Below, piece by piece: positions 1-13,269 of a stretch of DNA of 64,000 nucleotides. The position numbers and the translations under genes are program-made. Position 1 is the stretch's first letter. Each line of letters opens with the position of its first letter. The notes under the pieces are model-generated. The model was given only the letters and a program-made list of their open reading frames with translations, was not told the DNA's origin and made no database searches. This DNA is from Anthoceros angustus (lineage: Eukaryota; Plantae; Anthocerotophyta). Location: the NCBI GenBank assembly GCA_010909165.1, contig MU008212.1, positions 233,491 to 297,490 of the forward strand. Direction: 5' to 3'.

Positions 1-3000
1 CCAGCCGCGGACGTCGCTGCGGCCAAATGTCCGGCCTAGATCCGTGAGGGCAATGCCCTATGATCCGAGGCGATTCTTTGGGAGGCCGGGAGGCGCCGGG
101 GCGATAGTTAGCTAGGAAGAGTGGAAGAGGTAGATTAGAAGAGAGGAGAAGAGAGGAGAGAGAAGAGAGAGAGAGAGAAGAGAGAGAAGAGAGAGAAAAG
201 AGAGAAAAGAGAGAGAGGAGAGAGAGCGAGAGAGAGCGAGAGAGGACGAGAGAGGAGCTAGAGAGGATAGGGAGCAAGAGAGAAGGAAGGAGCAAGAGAA
301 AAAAGAAAAAGACAAAGAGAAGGAGGATCGGAAGAAAAGTGTGAGCAACCTAGAAAAGAGAGGGAAGGTGAAATTTCAAGGGGTGTGACAAGAGCTTGAG
401 GCGGCCCCAAATTTGTCACGAGAAGGGTCTTAGGGAGTGTAGGATGGCTGGTGGGAGGAATTGCTTGTATGCGGTGATTTGGGGGTCCCATGGTGCGCAG
501 ATGGCGGTGCCTCTCATGACGAGGTCCGCGCCAGCAGTGGCGTGGTGATGTGACTTATCGAGGTGGGTCACCCAGGCGGCCGGTAGGAGGGGCGGTTAGT
601 CGGTCAGGCATGCGAGAGGTCGATGAGTCGAGAGGTCGATCAGGAGGGCACACCCTCCATCCGTCAGGAAGGGCTCCCCACTCCTTCGTGGATGAACGAA
701 ACCCTCTTGTCTGAATCGGCCGATGGGATAAGTGTGCAGCTACGGTGAGGGTTCCGGGTCTAGTGAGAGTGGTGAGAGGGACGGACTAGAGGCGGTGACA
801 AATTTGAATGATCTGAATGATGTGAGCGGTCCAAAAGCGTTTATCACGCCCGGGCTGTTCGTGAACGCGTTATGGGTAGTTAGTCGAAAAGCGATGAATG
901 TGTGTTGGTTAGATGCAAGCAGTCAACTGCGTGAGGTGAGAAAGCGATTGGAGCATGGCGAACCTATCATTCTCTTGGGAGCGGACCCCTTACTACAACG
1001 ACACGGTTATTGCTTGCCGGTGCCGTCGGTGAAAGTCGCGCCACATTTTGGCCGTTGCGGGAATGAGATCGGCTCATAGCACGTGGAAGGGTAAGTGTGG
1101 ATGCGTGGAGGACGTGAGGTAGTCAAAGATGAATTCTTTGAGTGAAGCCGGACGTGGTGGCCAGCGGGCGCTCGAGCACGGGCCGTGAGAGGCGCGAGCT
1201 CAAGCGTGAGATACCACGGCGGAGTAGATTTGTCGGACCGTGAGGAGGCCATAGCACAAAGTCGGGTGGCAGTAGGGGGAGCGGTTTCTCAACCACTGCT
1301 GGCCGTGGCGATGGCGGCGACGTCGACAAAGCAAGCATACTCCCTCTTTGGGGAAAAAAAGAGCGGGATGCGGAAACCTTCGTGGAGGATTTCGTGTCCC
1401 GAGCGAACTTCAATGGCGAAGGCTCGGACGCCCAGCTCATTCAGTTGTTTCAGGGGGTTCTTCGGGGAACGGCGGCACAGTGGTACCGGAGGAAGTACCG
1501 ACCGCCCCAACGCCCCCTGCGACCTTTGAAGCGCTGAAGGATGCCTTCCTGGAGAGGTTCCGTGGAATCGACCAGGAAGGCTACGTCCTGTCTAAGCTCG
1601 AGAATCTGAAGCGAGGCAGGACGGAAAAGTTGGGATCGTACATCGAACGGTTCTACGCCCTCCGGGACCGGCACCCCACCCACACCACCATGCAGGCGGT
1701 GCGTTGGTTTGCAGCTGGCCTGCCTAAGCCAATGGCTAAGCATGTGCTGCTGCTGGTAGAAGGATGTGAGTAAGGCGGTCCGAGCGGCGGAAAACTACGA
1801 AGAATCGATGCACCAACGAAGGACGAGGGGCGCCTCGGTGGAAGAAGAAAAGAAGAAAGCGGGGGGTGAAGGATGAAGAGCCCTCGGAAGAGGAGGACGA
1901 GGAAACCGAGGTTACTTCGGAGGAAGAGGAGGAGGTCTCCGAAGAAGAATCCGAGGATGTTATGGAAGAGGAGGAACCTCGCCGAAGGAATAAGAAGAAA
2001 AAGCCCGTAGTAAAGCGGAGGGTCGAGAAGAAGGAGGTCGTGATGCCTACCCCGGCGTGAGAGGTTCCGCCTGATCCAACCCCTTTGAAAGAAGTAGCGG
2101 GGTTGAGGGAAGATCTGGAGTGGGTAATGAAGAGGGTGGAAGAATTGACGATCAACCAGGTGAAGGATAGAAGGCAGGCGGAAGGCTGCAGTTCGGACCC
2201 ATCTATGATGTGGTGTGCCACCATGGGCATTCAAAGGCTCGCCTCCGGACCCGTGAACCAAGTGGAGTCGACTACGGGAAGAGTCAGGAGGCGGTGCGAG
2301 GGGCGCGCACCAAAATCACGAGGCACCGCCGGAGACGTGATCCAAAAGCGATGTACCCTACGGCGGACCATCCATGCATCGGCCCCGATCGGCACGCATG
2401 GAGCACCTCGAATTCTCCAGCGTTGTGGTTTCTTTGGGCCGGGAACCCCGGCACTACTCCAACATGTGCCCATACCCCACTCGGCAAGGTAAGTTTGAGC
2501 GCTGTGTGGGATTGCAAGGCGGGACACATGGCCAGGTCACCTTGTGTCCGAACCTCGCCGAGGGGCGTTCAAGCTCGCCACCGGTGGAGCCATGACCGCC
2601 TACACCCCCTCTCCCTAAGGCCGCGCCGGTGCTACAGATTGAAGATGCACAACTGGCGGAGTGGGAGGAGGCGCCAAGGGAACTTGGGGCGGAGTGGCAC
2701 GAAGCGGGATCTGCTAATGAGGAGAAGGTGCCCTGGAGGTACTGGAGGTATCAACCTGAAGCCGTCGGAAGGAGCGAAAGGAGAGAAGGCAGCTAAAGAG
2801 GAAGAAGAATGGAGAGAGCACCACGGATATGGAGGACGGGACTCTCGCGAAGAAGGGGGAGCCAGCCAAGGAAGGCGAGTTGAATCGGGCAGCTCTGTCA
2901 GAAGAATCACCCGAGAAGAAACCCCCTGAAGCGATAGCAGAAGGAACAGACCCACCCAAGGCAACACCCCAGTTTCCACCGGATGTGGTTCGTGAAGTGA

Positions 3001-5800
3001 CGGAGATGCTTCAGGAGATCCGACAGGACCCGGAGGTGGTCCGGCCATCGCGGAACGGTGGCGGAGGGCTAGAAGAATCACGGCGGACACGCGACCCAAC
3101 GAAGGAGTCGCCCACGCCCTTCAAGGTGGCTGACTTGATAATGGGCCAACAGCACCTGGTGTCACTTAGACACTTGTTAAGAGACAACCCGAAGTATCGA
3201 CAAGAAGTCCGTAGGGCCATCAAGGAGACACAACCATGCCGAAACACCTCGGGTCGGAAGACCAAGAACGTGGAGGTAAGAGTGGTATCTCATCTACAGG
3301 ACCGGGCCGGTGGTTGTGGAAATCGAGTGCGTGATCAAAAGCGTACCGGACACATGTGGTCGAGTCAACCTCATCACGGAGGCCACAAAGAAGGCTAGTT
3401 AGGGGTTCACAAGATTTGAACCATCCACCAAAACCCTCGGATGGCGGACATGTCGTATCCGTGTGGTGAGTTGTCCGAGTCCAAGCAACCATAGCGGGGG
3501 CACCCTACACTTTGGACTTCGTGGTCATCAAGCCCGTCGGACCTGCAGGGTATGAGTGCGTTGGGGCGTCCCTGGCTGCGACTCGCTCAGACAAAACTAC
3601 ACTTCGGAAGGAAGGAAATCCACTTCAAACCAGTCGACTGGGATCCGAAGGTAAGGGAAGGGCGAGTAGCGATCACCTGGAGCAAGGACACATACTGCGG
3701 GGAAACCGTAAGCACCACAGAGGGGTACACCTCCGCCGAAGACAGTGGAAATGATGAACGCGAGGATACGGATGACGCCTACCCCTTTCCAAAAATCTTG
3801 TGGTCCGAAGAAGAGATGGACTACCGGAGGGACACTTTTGGAGTGGAGGTGGTCAATTGTTTCCGAGTTGAGGCCGCGCCTAGCCTCGAGGACGAGGGCA
3901 AGGGAGGAGACCCACCAAACGAGGAGGTAATCAAGAAGTGACCAGTTTACCCCAGAGCTTTTCCGAGAGTGGGGGATGCGTGAGGATGAACCTCGGATAG
4001 AGGATGACGGCTTTGGGCACAGCGAAGCGGTGAGGGAAAGGGAGACGGTCAATCCCGGCGATGTGGAAGGCGTGGAGGTCCGAATTCTTAAAATTCAAGG
4101 GTGCCAATGGAGTTGAAGCGAGACCTCACACAGTTGTTGGGGGAATTCAGCGAGGTGTTTGCTTTTAAGGTCACGGATATGAAAGGCATTCCGAAACAGT
4201 GGGGAGAACTCCAGATAGACTTGAAGCCAGGAGCGGTGAGGTTCGGATTCGACAATATAAACTGAATCCTAAACACTCGTTCAAGGTCAAGGAGGTCCTG
4301 GACAAATATTTGGAGGCGGACATCATCTTTCCAATCGTGAACAGCGAATGGGTAGCATTTGCCGTGTGCCTTGACAAGGGTGCATCCGTGTCCGCCAGGA
4401 TTGGAGGAAGCTCAACGCCGCTACCGAGAAAGACCACTTCCCCATGCCCTTCGTGGATGACATAATCGGACAGTATGGACCAGTACTTACTCCTTCTTGG
4501 ATGGATACTCCCACACAACCAATCACCGCAAGTGGGAGCCTGACCGATAAGACAACATTCACCACGGAGTGGGGAACGTTCGCTTACAAGCGAAGCGCCT
4601 TTGGAATGACAGGAGCACCCGGGTCATTCATGCGGATGGTGACCAACGTCTTCCGGGATTTCCTAAGGGACTTCATGGAGGTATTCCTGGACGACTTTTG
4701 CGTACATGGAGAAGAGGACAAGCACGTTGGGCACCTGCGGAAGTGCTTGGAGCGTTGTAAGGAAACACAACCGTGTCTACATCCGGAGAAATGCTACTTC
4801 GGAATGACGGAGGGAATCTGTTGGGACATTGTGCCATGCAGAGGAATAGAGGTGGACCAAGACAAAGTCCGGGTCATTCGATCCTACGCCCTAATCAGTT
4901 GCGAGATTCTTGGGTATGGTGGGTTATTACAGGCGGTTTATTCAGGACTTTGCCAAGCGGGCCGCCAAGTTAACGGCGTTACTCCGGAAGGAGGAGGAGT
5001 GGGGCAGACCTGAAAGGGCGGCATTCGAGGATCTGAGACCACACGATAAGTGCTCCAGTATTGAAGGGTCCGGACTGGAGTAAGCGGTTCCATGTGTATG
5101 TGGATGTGTCGACTTTCGCCGCCGGAGTGTGCTCGGTAAAGGGCGACAAGCGGAGGATCATCCGATTTACTACGCGAAGGCGGCTCACGCATGGGCAGTA
5201 CTACTACGGGCGGGCGTTAGGAATGGTGTACGCGGTCAAGAAATTCAGACACTACCTCCTGCCCAACGAGTTTGTGTTCTACGTAGATTACTTTGCGCTT
5301 AAACACCTTGTGAATAAGGCGGACCTGTCCGGGTGAATTGCGAGGTGGATCCTGTTGCTACAGGAGTTCACCTTTGAGGTAGAGACCAGGCAAGGGCGGC
5401 AACACCAAAACGCGGACTTCTTGTCCAGGTTGAAGACGGAGCCGACCCTGCGGGACTAGGAGGATGATTTTCCGGACGAGGAATTGGTGGCCACGGTGGC
5501 GGCGCAAGAGGAGGAGCGCAATCAGAGGAACCCCAAAGGTGGCCATACCATGGCGAAGCGGAGAAGGGAGCGGGCGTGAGGGGCGACCCACCTGTCACCG
5601 GAGCTAGGCAGTGTCATGGGAGATGGAGATTCCAAGCGGGTTAACCCGTGCCCAGCAACAGGCCTTTGTACACTACGCTCGCCCCTTCGGGATGTACAAC
5701 GGATGTATCTTCAAGATGGGACCGGACGGCGCGGAACGAAGGTACCTCCAGCAGGCGGAAATGGAGGTAGTAAGGCCTTGGTTTCCCTACCGAAGGCCTC
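1..5800 (+). mobile_element. Degenerate Ty3/gypsy LTR retrotransposon, internal region (gag-PR-RT-RNaseH-start of INT)
   Basis: Gag-like ALKDAFLERF...YIERF (1348-1773). Decayed Cys/His knuckle motifs at ~2340-2550. Protease-like VPDTCGRVNLI at ~3340. RT motifs TTFTTEWGTFAYKRSAFGMTGAPGSF and VFLDDF (4444-4800). RNase H FHVYVDVS...KKFRHYL (5061-5336). Integrase-start-like sequence to ~5790. RT-RH-INT order indicates gypsy. Many stops and frameshifts; LTR ends not identified. Confidence 0.92.
112..360. repeat. GA-rich low-complexity tract
   Basis: Imperfect (GA)n/AGAG runs, probably within the retroelement leader or LTR. Confidence 0.9.
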
Positions 5801-7260
5801 GGCACTAGCAGCCTTTCTAGGAAGCTGGGCCCTCCTTGCTCCCATTTTGGCCTCTCGTTGCCTCCTCAGGGATTTTTGCATCTTGGAGGGCTTTGTCTCA
5901 GGCGGTGAGGAGGGGGCCTTCCCCCTATAGGTCTTTAAGGCTAGCTAGGGGCCTCTTATCCTCTTAGGCTAGAATAGTCATGCCTTCTTTTTCCTCGTTC
6001 CTTGTAGATGGTCTGCGGGGGCTCTCAGCCTCTCTTCAGGAGAAACAATACGGGCAGGCACAATAAGCTTTACTTATGGATTTCTCTATTCCCCGACCCG
6101 CACGCAATCGCCTTTGCTCTTGCTTGAGGAAGAGAGCAGGTTTCTGGCTTCTGGCCTGACCTTGCATCCAAGCCTTCTTAATTACACTAGCTTCTTTTTC
6201 TACTGCGATGAGGTTCCATATGGGCTTGGTTCAACTTTTGGCCTGTTGCCTCATGACTTGCACTGCAGTACTAGTTGTGGTGCCCCCCTCGACGACTCTG
6301 GGACCCACCTGGCTTGCTATTCAACTGGTAGGTAGCGCATTGCGACACATGATGCCGTCCGAGATGTCATGTTCTCGATGGCCAAGGAGAGCGGATTCTT
6401 TCTTTCTAGGGAGCGCCTCTATACCTTGCTTAATGGCGTCTGCTTCAAGGCTAACTTATTTTTGACCAGCTGGAACTAGGTCTCTGTTGCAGATGTGCTA
6501 GTAACAGACCCTACTCGGGATATAGTTTGCGAACATATCATCATCAACCCTCCGGGCTGGGTGGTGAAGGGGTGCGCAACTGCCAAGGTCCACAAGTATA
6601 CCCCCATGTAGGAAGGCCATGCTTTCATACCTCACTATTAAGACTCATGGGGCCATTCATGGGTAAGGAGTTTTCGAGGTTCATCAAAGGCTATGCTAAT
6701 GCCTACCATCGCCATAAGAATGGGGTAGGTCTCTCCCTTTCTTCTGTGGTGGACTTCTTTCGATAGCGTGTGTCCATCACCCTGTAGAGGGCATTGGCAA
6801 ACGCTGTTTACAGAACAACTTTGTGTGCAGGAGATGTTCGCATCTTCAGCTCTTGTGGTAAGTAGGCCCTTCCCTATTCCTGACTACAACATCTTGGGGG
6901 CAATAGGTAACTTCAAGGTACACAATCGTGGAGCTAGTTCCTCTTGGCTTGGGCCCTTTAGTGGGTTGTTCTCCACCACCTCACTGCAGATGGGACTTTC
7001 TATCTCTGCAAATCTTATATTGTCCATTTCTCGTTCAACTAAAACGAGCTCAATAATCAAATTTAGAACCATGCAATAACTGTGCAATGAGAAATGCACA
7101 TCGAGGCTTTCACACAAGCAGTCCATAAAATAACGGGATGCATGTTTGACTGCACCAATGGTATGTAGGTCTCTCCATCTTCCTAGGCTATGACATTAGG
7201 GAGAGGCTTTACGGAGCGTACCCCCTAGACAAAACTGTGACTCGTGAAATTTCCCAAGTC
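5800..7260. mobile_element. Scrambled retroelement-like remnants
   Basis: Short broken ORFs on both strands. The peptide FMGKEFSRFIKGYANAYH (6640-6720, +) resembles AMGKDFSQFIKDCAKAYH at ~32050-32100 (-), indicating a dispersed repeat family. Confidence 0.4.
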
Positions 7261-8029
7261 AAGTAGTGATAGATGGGCTCATCATATGTAAGTATACAAC
7301 AACCAAAGCACCTTTTTTTCAAAATGCATAACCAAAGTGATTCAAATGAAAGTGGAGTACACGCCAATATCCCCACCTCCTAGCTCAACTTAGAGGTACA
7401 AATCTTGATTTTATAAATTATTACCTATAACTCAAATAAATATTTTAATATACTATATATATAATATCATAAGAGTAACTGAGTTCCTATTTTATTGCAT
7501 GGGATTGTAAGAAATAAAAATTCAGCTTCAAGACTGTAACTTTAACATTAGGGAATTTCTATACCCGCAGGTTACTCTGGTAACTTCTACTGCAGACTCG
7601 TTCCTACCCGTTCTGGAATCTACATTACGCGATACAGTATAGCTGTATACCTTTAAGCTCTCAATGCCAGGGAGGGTCAATAGATTCAGGGGTGCGAGTA
7701 AGTAGATGCTGCGGTACGTGTACAGGCGAGAGCGGTGAGGAGTCCGGAGCGTCGAGAATCAGAGGATAGGTCGGGCTTACCCGGCAGGAACCATTCCAGA
7801 ACCCGGGGAGGAAAATGGCGTAGGATTAGACTCATCCGAGCACAGAAAGAAGCAACTGGAGGCCAAGAAGAAGCGCAAAAAAGAAGATCGGCGAGACCGG
7901 CGCCAGGAGGACAAGGACAAGGCCAAGGTGAAAGAGGAGAAAAAAAAGAAGACGCAGGTTCAGGGACAGCCGGCAAACATTCCGCCCTCAGCAGCGCCTG
8001 CTGGTGCTGCGCCGCTGGGAGCATCCGGC

Positions 8030-9084
8030 ATGGATGCAGCTCCGGCGGCAGCAGCACCTGGCGCACCTACGGCCGCGGCCGCCGCCGCCGCAGCAGCAGT
8101 GGTGCAGGGGAGTAGCTCTCAGCTGGAGCAGGAAGGAGGGACGGGGATCAGAAGGGGTCCACAGCCTACTCCCAATCAGCTGGCTGTGGAGAGCACCTCC
8201 GAGTCGATCCACCGAGCCATTTCCCTCTTGCACGAGATTGAGCTTAACGTCACCAATTTTGCTATGCATCAGCAGCTTCTGCTGCTGGATCGTCTGTAAG
8301 TGGGGAGTAAGAATTCCTTGCGTTTTTGCTGTCCCTGTTTTCTGAAGCTCCTCATTTATGCTTGCTCTGACTTGTTACAGAGGGTTTTTGGCGAATGAGT
8401 TCTCTGCAATGCAAACGGCATCAAGTGGGTGCAATATACAGATACCCGTGGAAGTGATCAGGTATTTTCTCGTGCCTAACTTCTTACGGCACAAGTGATG
8501 GCGTGTTGATAAATCTAATGTTTTTCAGGGTTCCCATAGATAGGGCAGACTCTGTTGGAGTCGTGTTTCGTGGCTTGGTACAAGATCTCTTGCTGACGAG
8601 TGACTCCGGCTGATTTTCAAAGGTTCATCGACGAAGGCCTTGAGCCAGACCAATATTCTAGGGACCTTCTTAAGAACTGCGAGCAGCGGAACCAGGCCAC
8701 CAAGGGCAAAGTGGACGCCTTTAAGGTAATGGTTTGCCGTGTATTTGTGAGAGTCATGATGCAAGCGCTTATAACCTAACTTGAGGCATGCGTCAGGACC
8801 TACGGAAACATCTGTTGGACGAGATCGACGAAGCCTTCCCAAAAGAGATCGAGTATTTTCGAGAGATGCGGTCAGCCGCTCTTGCGGTAACCTCTCCTAA
8901 CCTACAAGTAGCGTCCTGTGAAGCTATATGCTTCTTCGCCTGGGGTCTCCTGTGGATGTCAGTTCGTTCCCGCAAGTGGCTTGGGAGTTCACACGGGCCG
9001 GGGTTTTGACAGGAATCTAGGAGGCTCCACCAATCCACAAACTCGCTGGCCAATGGTGATGTGAAAGTGAAAGGGGAACATTAA
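8030..9084 (+). CDS. MED10: Mediator subunit 10 (multi-exon)
   Basis: Exons read SIHRAISLLHEIELNVTNF...LLLDRL, CNIQIPVEVI, FIDEGLEPDQYSRDLLKNCEQRNQATKGKVDAFK, LRKHLLDEIDEAFPKEIEYFREMR and ...LANGDVKVKGEH*. This matches plant MED10/NUT2, with GT-AG introns. Confidence 0.92.
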
Positions 9085-9327
9085 TCGGGTTTGTCACTTG
9101 TACAGTTGCGGTGTCGACGGTGGAATAACTGCTCAATGGTTACGGGCCAATCTTCACGGTTCCACTGTTTTTATACCAGAGATATAACGAGGTATTTGTT
9201 TATTGCCGAAATATTTTCTGCTCATCAATTTTCACTAGTTTCGTCGGGAGTCATATCGTAAGCTCAAGACGAAATACGATCCAGTCTCAAAATTGCTCCT
9301 GAAGAAATATTCAATAGCCTAAAATGC

Positions 9328-12300
9328 TCACTTTTGTCGTTTACGAGGAGTATTTCCCTTCAGATGAGGACTGTTTGATGTGGATGGTTTCTCCCACTTC
9401 TTTACCAAGCGCTTTCTTCTTGAACTGCCTTCCCCAATCTCCTGTTTTGCAGTATCCTTGTTCTCTGTAGGGGCAAACAGTACCAGTACCTGGTATTAAG
9501 ACCCTGTCTACGATAGGAAGCAGCTGAGATGTTCAGACCTGACTGCCAGAAGTTTGATGGTTCAAATCGACCACTACCTTTGTCAGGTGACGACCTGTCC
9601 AACGTGATCTCTGAGTCCGTGGTTGGTCCATTCTCAACTTTAACTGTGACCACATTATCAGACGCCTCTTCCGGCATCTGGCATTTTCCCCTGAAGGGCG
9701 GCAAGTAGCAAAACCTGCAGAAACAAGGATGAAAAAGAATGAAACATTTGGAATCTCGCCGGAAACAATAGGGTAAGGCAAGAGCCGTATGGATGTCCAG
9801 CGTACCATTCATCTGGTAACCTCTCAGTGTCAAAGCCTGCAGGAAGTCTTCGCCATTTCAGGCACTTGTCACATTGTGCCCAGCCGTTGTCTGGGATCAG
9901 ACCTTGTCCATCTTCTACCTGTACCCACAATTCGCACATCCTAAGTTAGGGCTTGGAATAGGGATTGAGGTGATCACATTCAAAGAATATTTATGGTCAT
10001 TCGAGAAGCTCACCTTCGGGAGCTTCTCGAATTCATCCTCCCAGTATGCATGGATTTCCTTCGCTAGTGCCTTTTCCAACTCTGCATATGCTTCACTGTC
10101 CTCAAAGCCCTGTTTGGTGTTCAGCACCCCACCTATAGCTTTATCCCCCTACAGCACAAACAAACTCAGATCAATGGTGGAAAGGAGAAAACTAAAAACA
10201 TAGTTAAAAATCTTCTGATTCTCAAGAAGGCTGTACTCAAGTCTTGCAGGTGTAGAGCCAAACCCAAATTGCCGTCGTGTCAACAACCCCAATAACTCCT
10301 CGCCCCACGTCTGCACTGTGCATTAATCGACCAACTCGTTTGTAAGCCTGCAATAGGATGCACCATAGAATGACCTAGAGCATCAGTACCAACCACCAAG
10401 ACGTAATTGCTGAAGGTTCTTCATTACTGCCACCAGGCAGAAGATTACCTCAATAAGTCGCCCATGCCAATACAAAAAAACCCCACAGTTAGCTCGTTCT
10501 CTCTCCTTAGAGGACAATCCCATGGTCAATAACAGCTCCTTTCCTTGCACTACTAGCGTTCTTTTGCGTGTCCTACTTAAAGACTCGCCCAGCTTCCTGG
10601 TTTTGACCTTTATAAACACGGCATTCACGCTTTTACTAGACAGCTAATCCACTGCCACTGAACTCTATGCACTTGCACAAGGTAATTTTCAGCAAGCAGG
10701 CAGCACAAAAGGACTATTATATGTGCTCTTCTTACCACTACACCCTGAACGTGGACTTTCATCCTTGGATGAAGAAACAGGACCTCCACATAAGCTCGGA
10801 GGGAGTAATCAAGTGGGACCTACATACATCACGAAGTCATGTTGCTTGAGAACTGGCATTTTCATGCGCACACAATGATGAGGAAAGAAGTGGAATAACT
10901 TACATTGTGACTTATCTGTCCAGGACGGGTCCGAGGCCGCTTCGAGGTGATAAGAATATCATTTTCTTCTTCCCCTTCACCATCCCACTGCAACCTATAG
11001 GTCTCCCCCCACTTCTCCAGGTTATATACATAAATTCGGGTTCCGGTCCGGGAAATTTTTTCAAACTCAACCCCAATATTGAACTTATCGAAAGGTGAAT
11101 GCTCTTTCACAGCCTTCAGGTATTTCTTAGCCTCATCTTCACTTTGAGCTTCATGGTCAACCTCCATTCGCCCAGCTTTCCAGGCCCAAGTCACAATTGG
11201 TATTTGCAACACCTGTGAGCGTGGGTATAAATGTGAGTAAAGGATTCAAAGTACAATTGACAGGAAACGCGCAGAAACAGTTCGCCAGATAGACAAAGAC
11301 AACTAACTATCTCACCTCATTCCCTTGATTGAAGGAAGTAGATAGGAACCCCATTGAACGGCTGTTTTGGCACTGAGTCAAGATGATGGCATCTTTCCCA
11401 ATCCTCATGGCCCCTGACTAGAAAAGTAAAGGAGCCCCAGATTAGTAACTGGAAACATGTCACCCTTCGGACTCTTAACTCTAACCGGCACACATTGCGG
11501 CTGAATGTGATGCACTATGTAAGGAAGTGTCTCAGCAGACACAGCTACCTTGAAACCGACACCAAATCGACCAATACGATCAACATCCTCTTCCTTAGCA
11601 TGTTCATGCCCGAAGGAGAGCATCCGACAAATCTCTTTGTGGTTCATCCCACATCCATTGTCCGCGAACACCAGTATTGGTATGGGGGTATCCTGATCTT
11701 TTAGCCTTCCCATGTCCACAAAAATTTCAAGACTGTACCGGCACAATACAAAAAGTCTTAGCACAAAGAGCAACCTGTGGCATCATACAGGATGTTGCCA
11801 ACAGCGGTATATAACAGAATGAATCAACCTTCTCACAACTCTACAATTCCAATTCCAGTGTACCCAGCAGAAACAATTTTTCGGGGACGCACCGTGTTGC
11901 TGAGGCATCACGTGCGTTGTCGATCAATTCTGCCATGCCTCCGAACAGCCAAGATGCATGATTCTGGCTCAAAGTCTGCAGGTAGTTGGGATGCATATGG
12001 GAAACCATTGAATCTTTGGCTAGCAACATAGATTCGACTTCAGGCTGCAAAGGTGCCTGAGGACTTGCCACTGCCAAACAGTCCAGCAACTGCTATTAGT
12101 ATCCTTCACACTGCCTGTAATTGCTCAGCAGACGAGGGACAACTAAGTGTCAACAAACAAACCATTAAGCCTCGGATCGCGTGATTTATGACTATGAGAT
12201 TGTTTGGAAGGCATATGTTTAACTGCTCTCCCCTCTAGCCTGCGATAGCTGACATAGACACAGCACCCAGAGTCTTTGGGCTTGTCAACAGGAGAGTTGA

Positions 12301-13269
12301 TCCACAGCTCCCAGCCATCGAAGCGGATGTATGCAACCTGCACGTTCGAGGTAAGGGTCATACAAAGAGGAAAAACAAACACTTGCAACAGTTGTCTTTA
12401 CACAGTTCACTTACACAGCATAGCCATTATGAGTTCCACTGAAAAACAGTGCTGTACATGTCTAGACCGCTCACCCTGTCGTGGTCCCAAAGAAAATCAG
12501 TGAATTTTCTCCACTCATCAACTGTTGCAGTCCTATCCCCGAATGGATATACAAGAAACTTCGGCAACCCAGCAAGTGAAACCACTGTAGAACTCTGTAC
12601 ACGATGTATTTGAAGCTGCATTTCCTTGGACCTGTGAAATCCAGGAAGTCAGTTGCATTGCACATAGTATTGGGCCGACGGTCAGTGCGACTCACACTGT
12701 GAATGGAAGTCTCTCGAAGCTCACAACCGGTGAAATCTTTTTTCCATCCATCACCAGATTTGCAATACACTGGATTTCTCGTCCTGCACGGAAGAGACAG
12801 CAGTATCAGAAAAACGATAGCGAATTGTTTGACAATTCGCCACAAAGAGATAGAAACCGCAAGCCTAACCTTCTCCTTGTGCTAATACTGCTTCCACTTG
12901 TCTTCTTGGGAAGGCGTAGTATTCAGGAGTATTAGGCGGAGGGCACGCCAGCAGCGAAGGGGTAGGCCGCTGCATTGCGTCAGACGCTGGCGTAGATAGA
13001 CCAGAATCAGCCTCTGGCAACATGGCATGTCTGGTGCTCCCTTGGCTTGGGTACGCCTGTGCATATACCGGTATTGGGAAAAAACCCCCTGGGCCTGGCT
13101 GCATCACAGGTGGGCTTGGGAATAGTGCGCCTCCAGCGCCTGAGCACAAGACAGCCGAGTCCGGGCCTATTTCCAATCCATGCTGCGGAAAGAAAGGAGA
13201 GAGTCCCACGAAAGGACCGTCGCTCCCTGGCATCCAGGTCCGAACGCCATATTCAACTGCCTGCACCAT
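9328..13269 (-). CDS. MORC: MORC-family GHKL ATPase with CW zinc finger (multi-exon)
   Basis: GHKL motifs AELIDNARDA, ADNGCGM and IGRFGVGFK; S5-fold exons; CW finger WAQCDKCLKWRRLP...PDEWY; last exon ending RKRQK* at 9328. The start codon (13269) and N-terminal exons are inferred. Confidence 0.88.

Noticed and set aside
112-348. Leu/Ser-rich 78-aa ORF
   Set aside because: Translation of the GA microsatellite.
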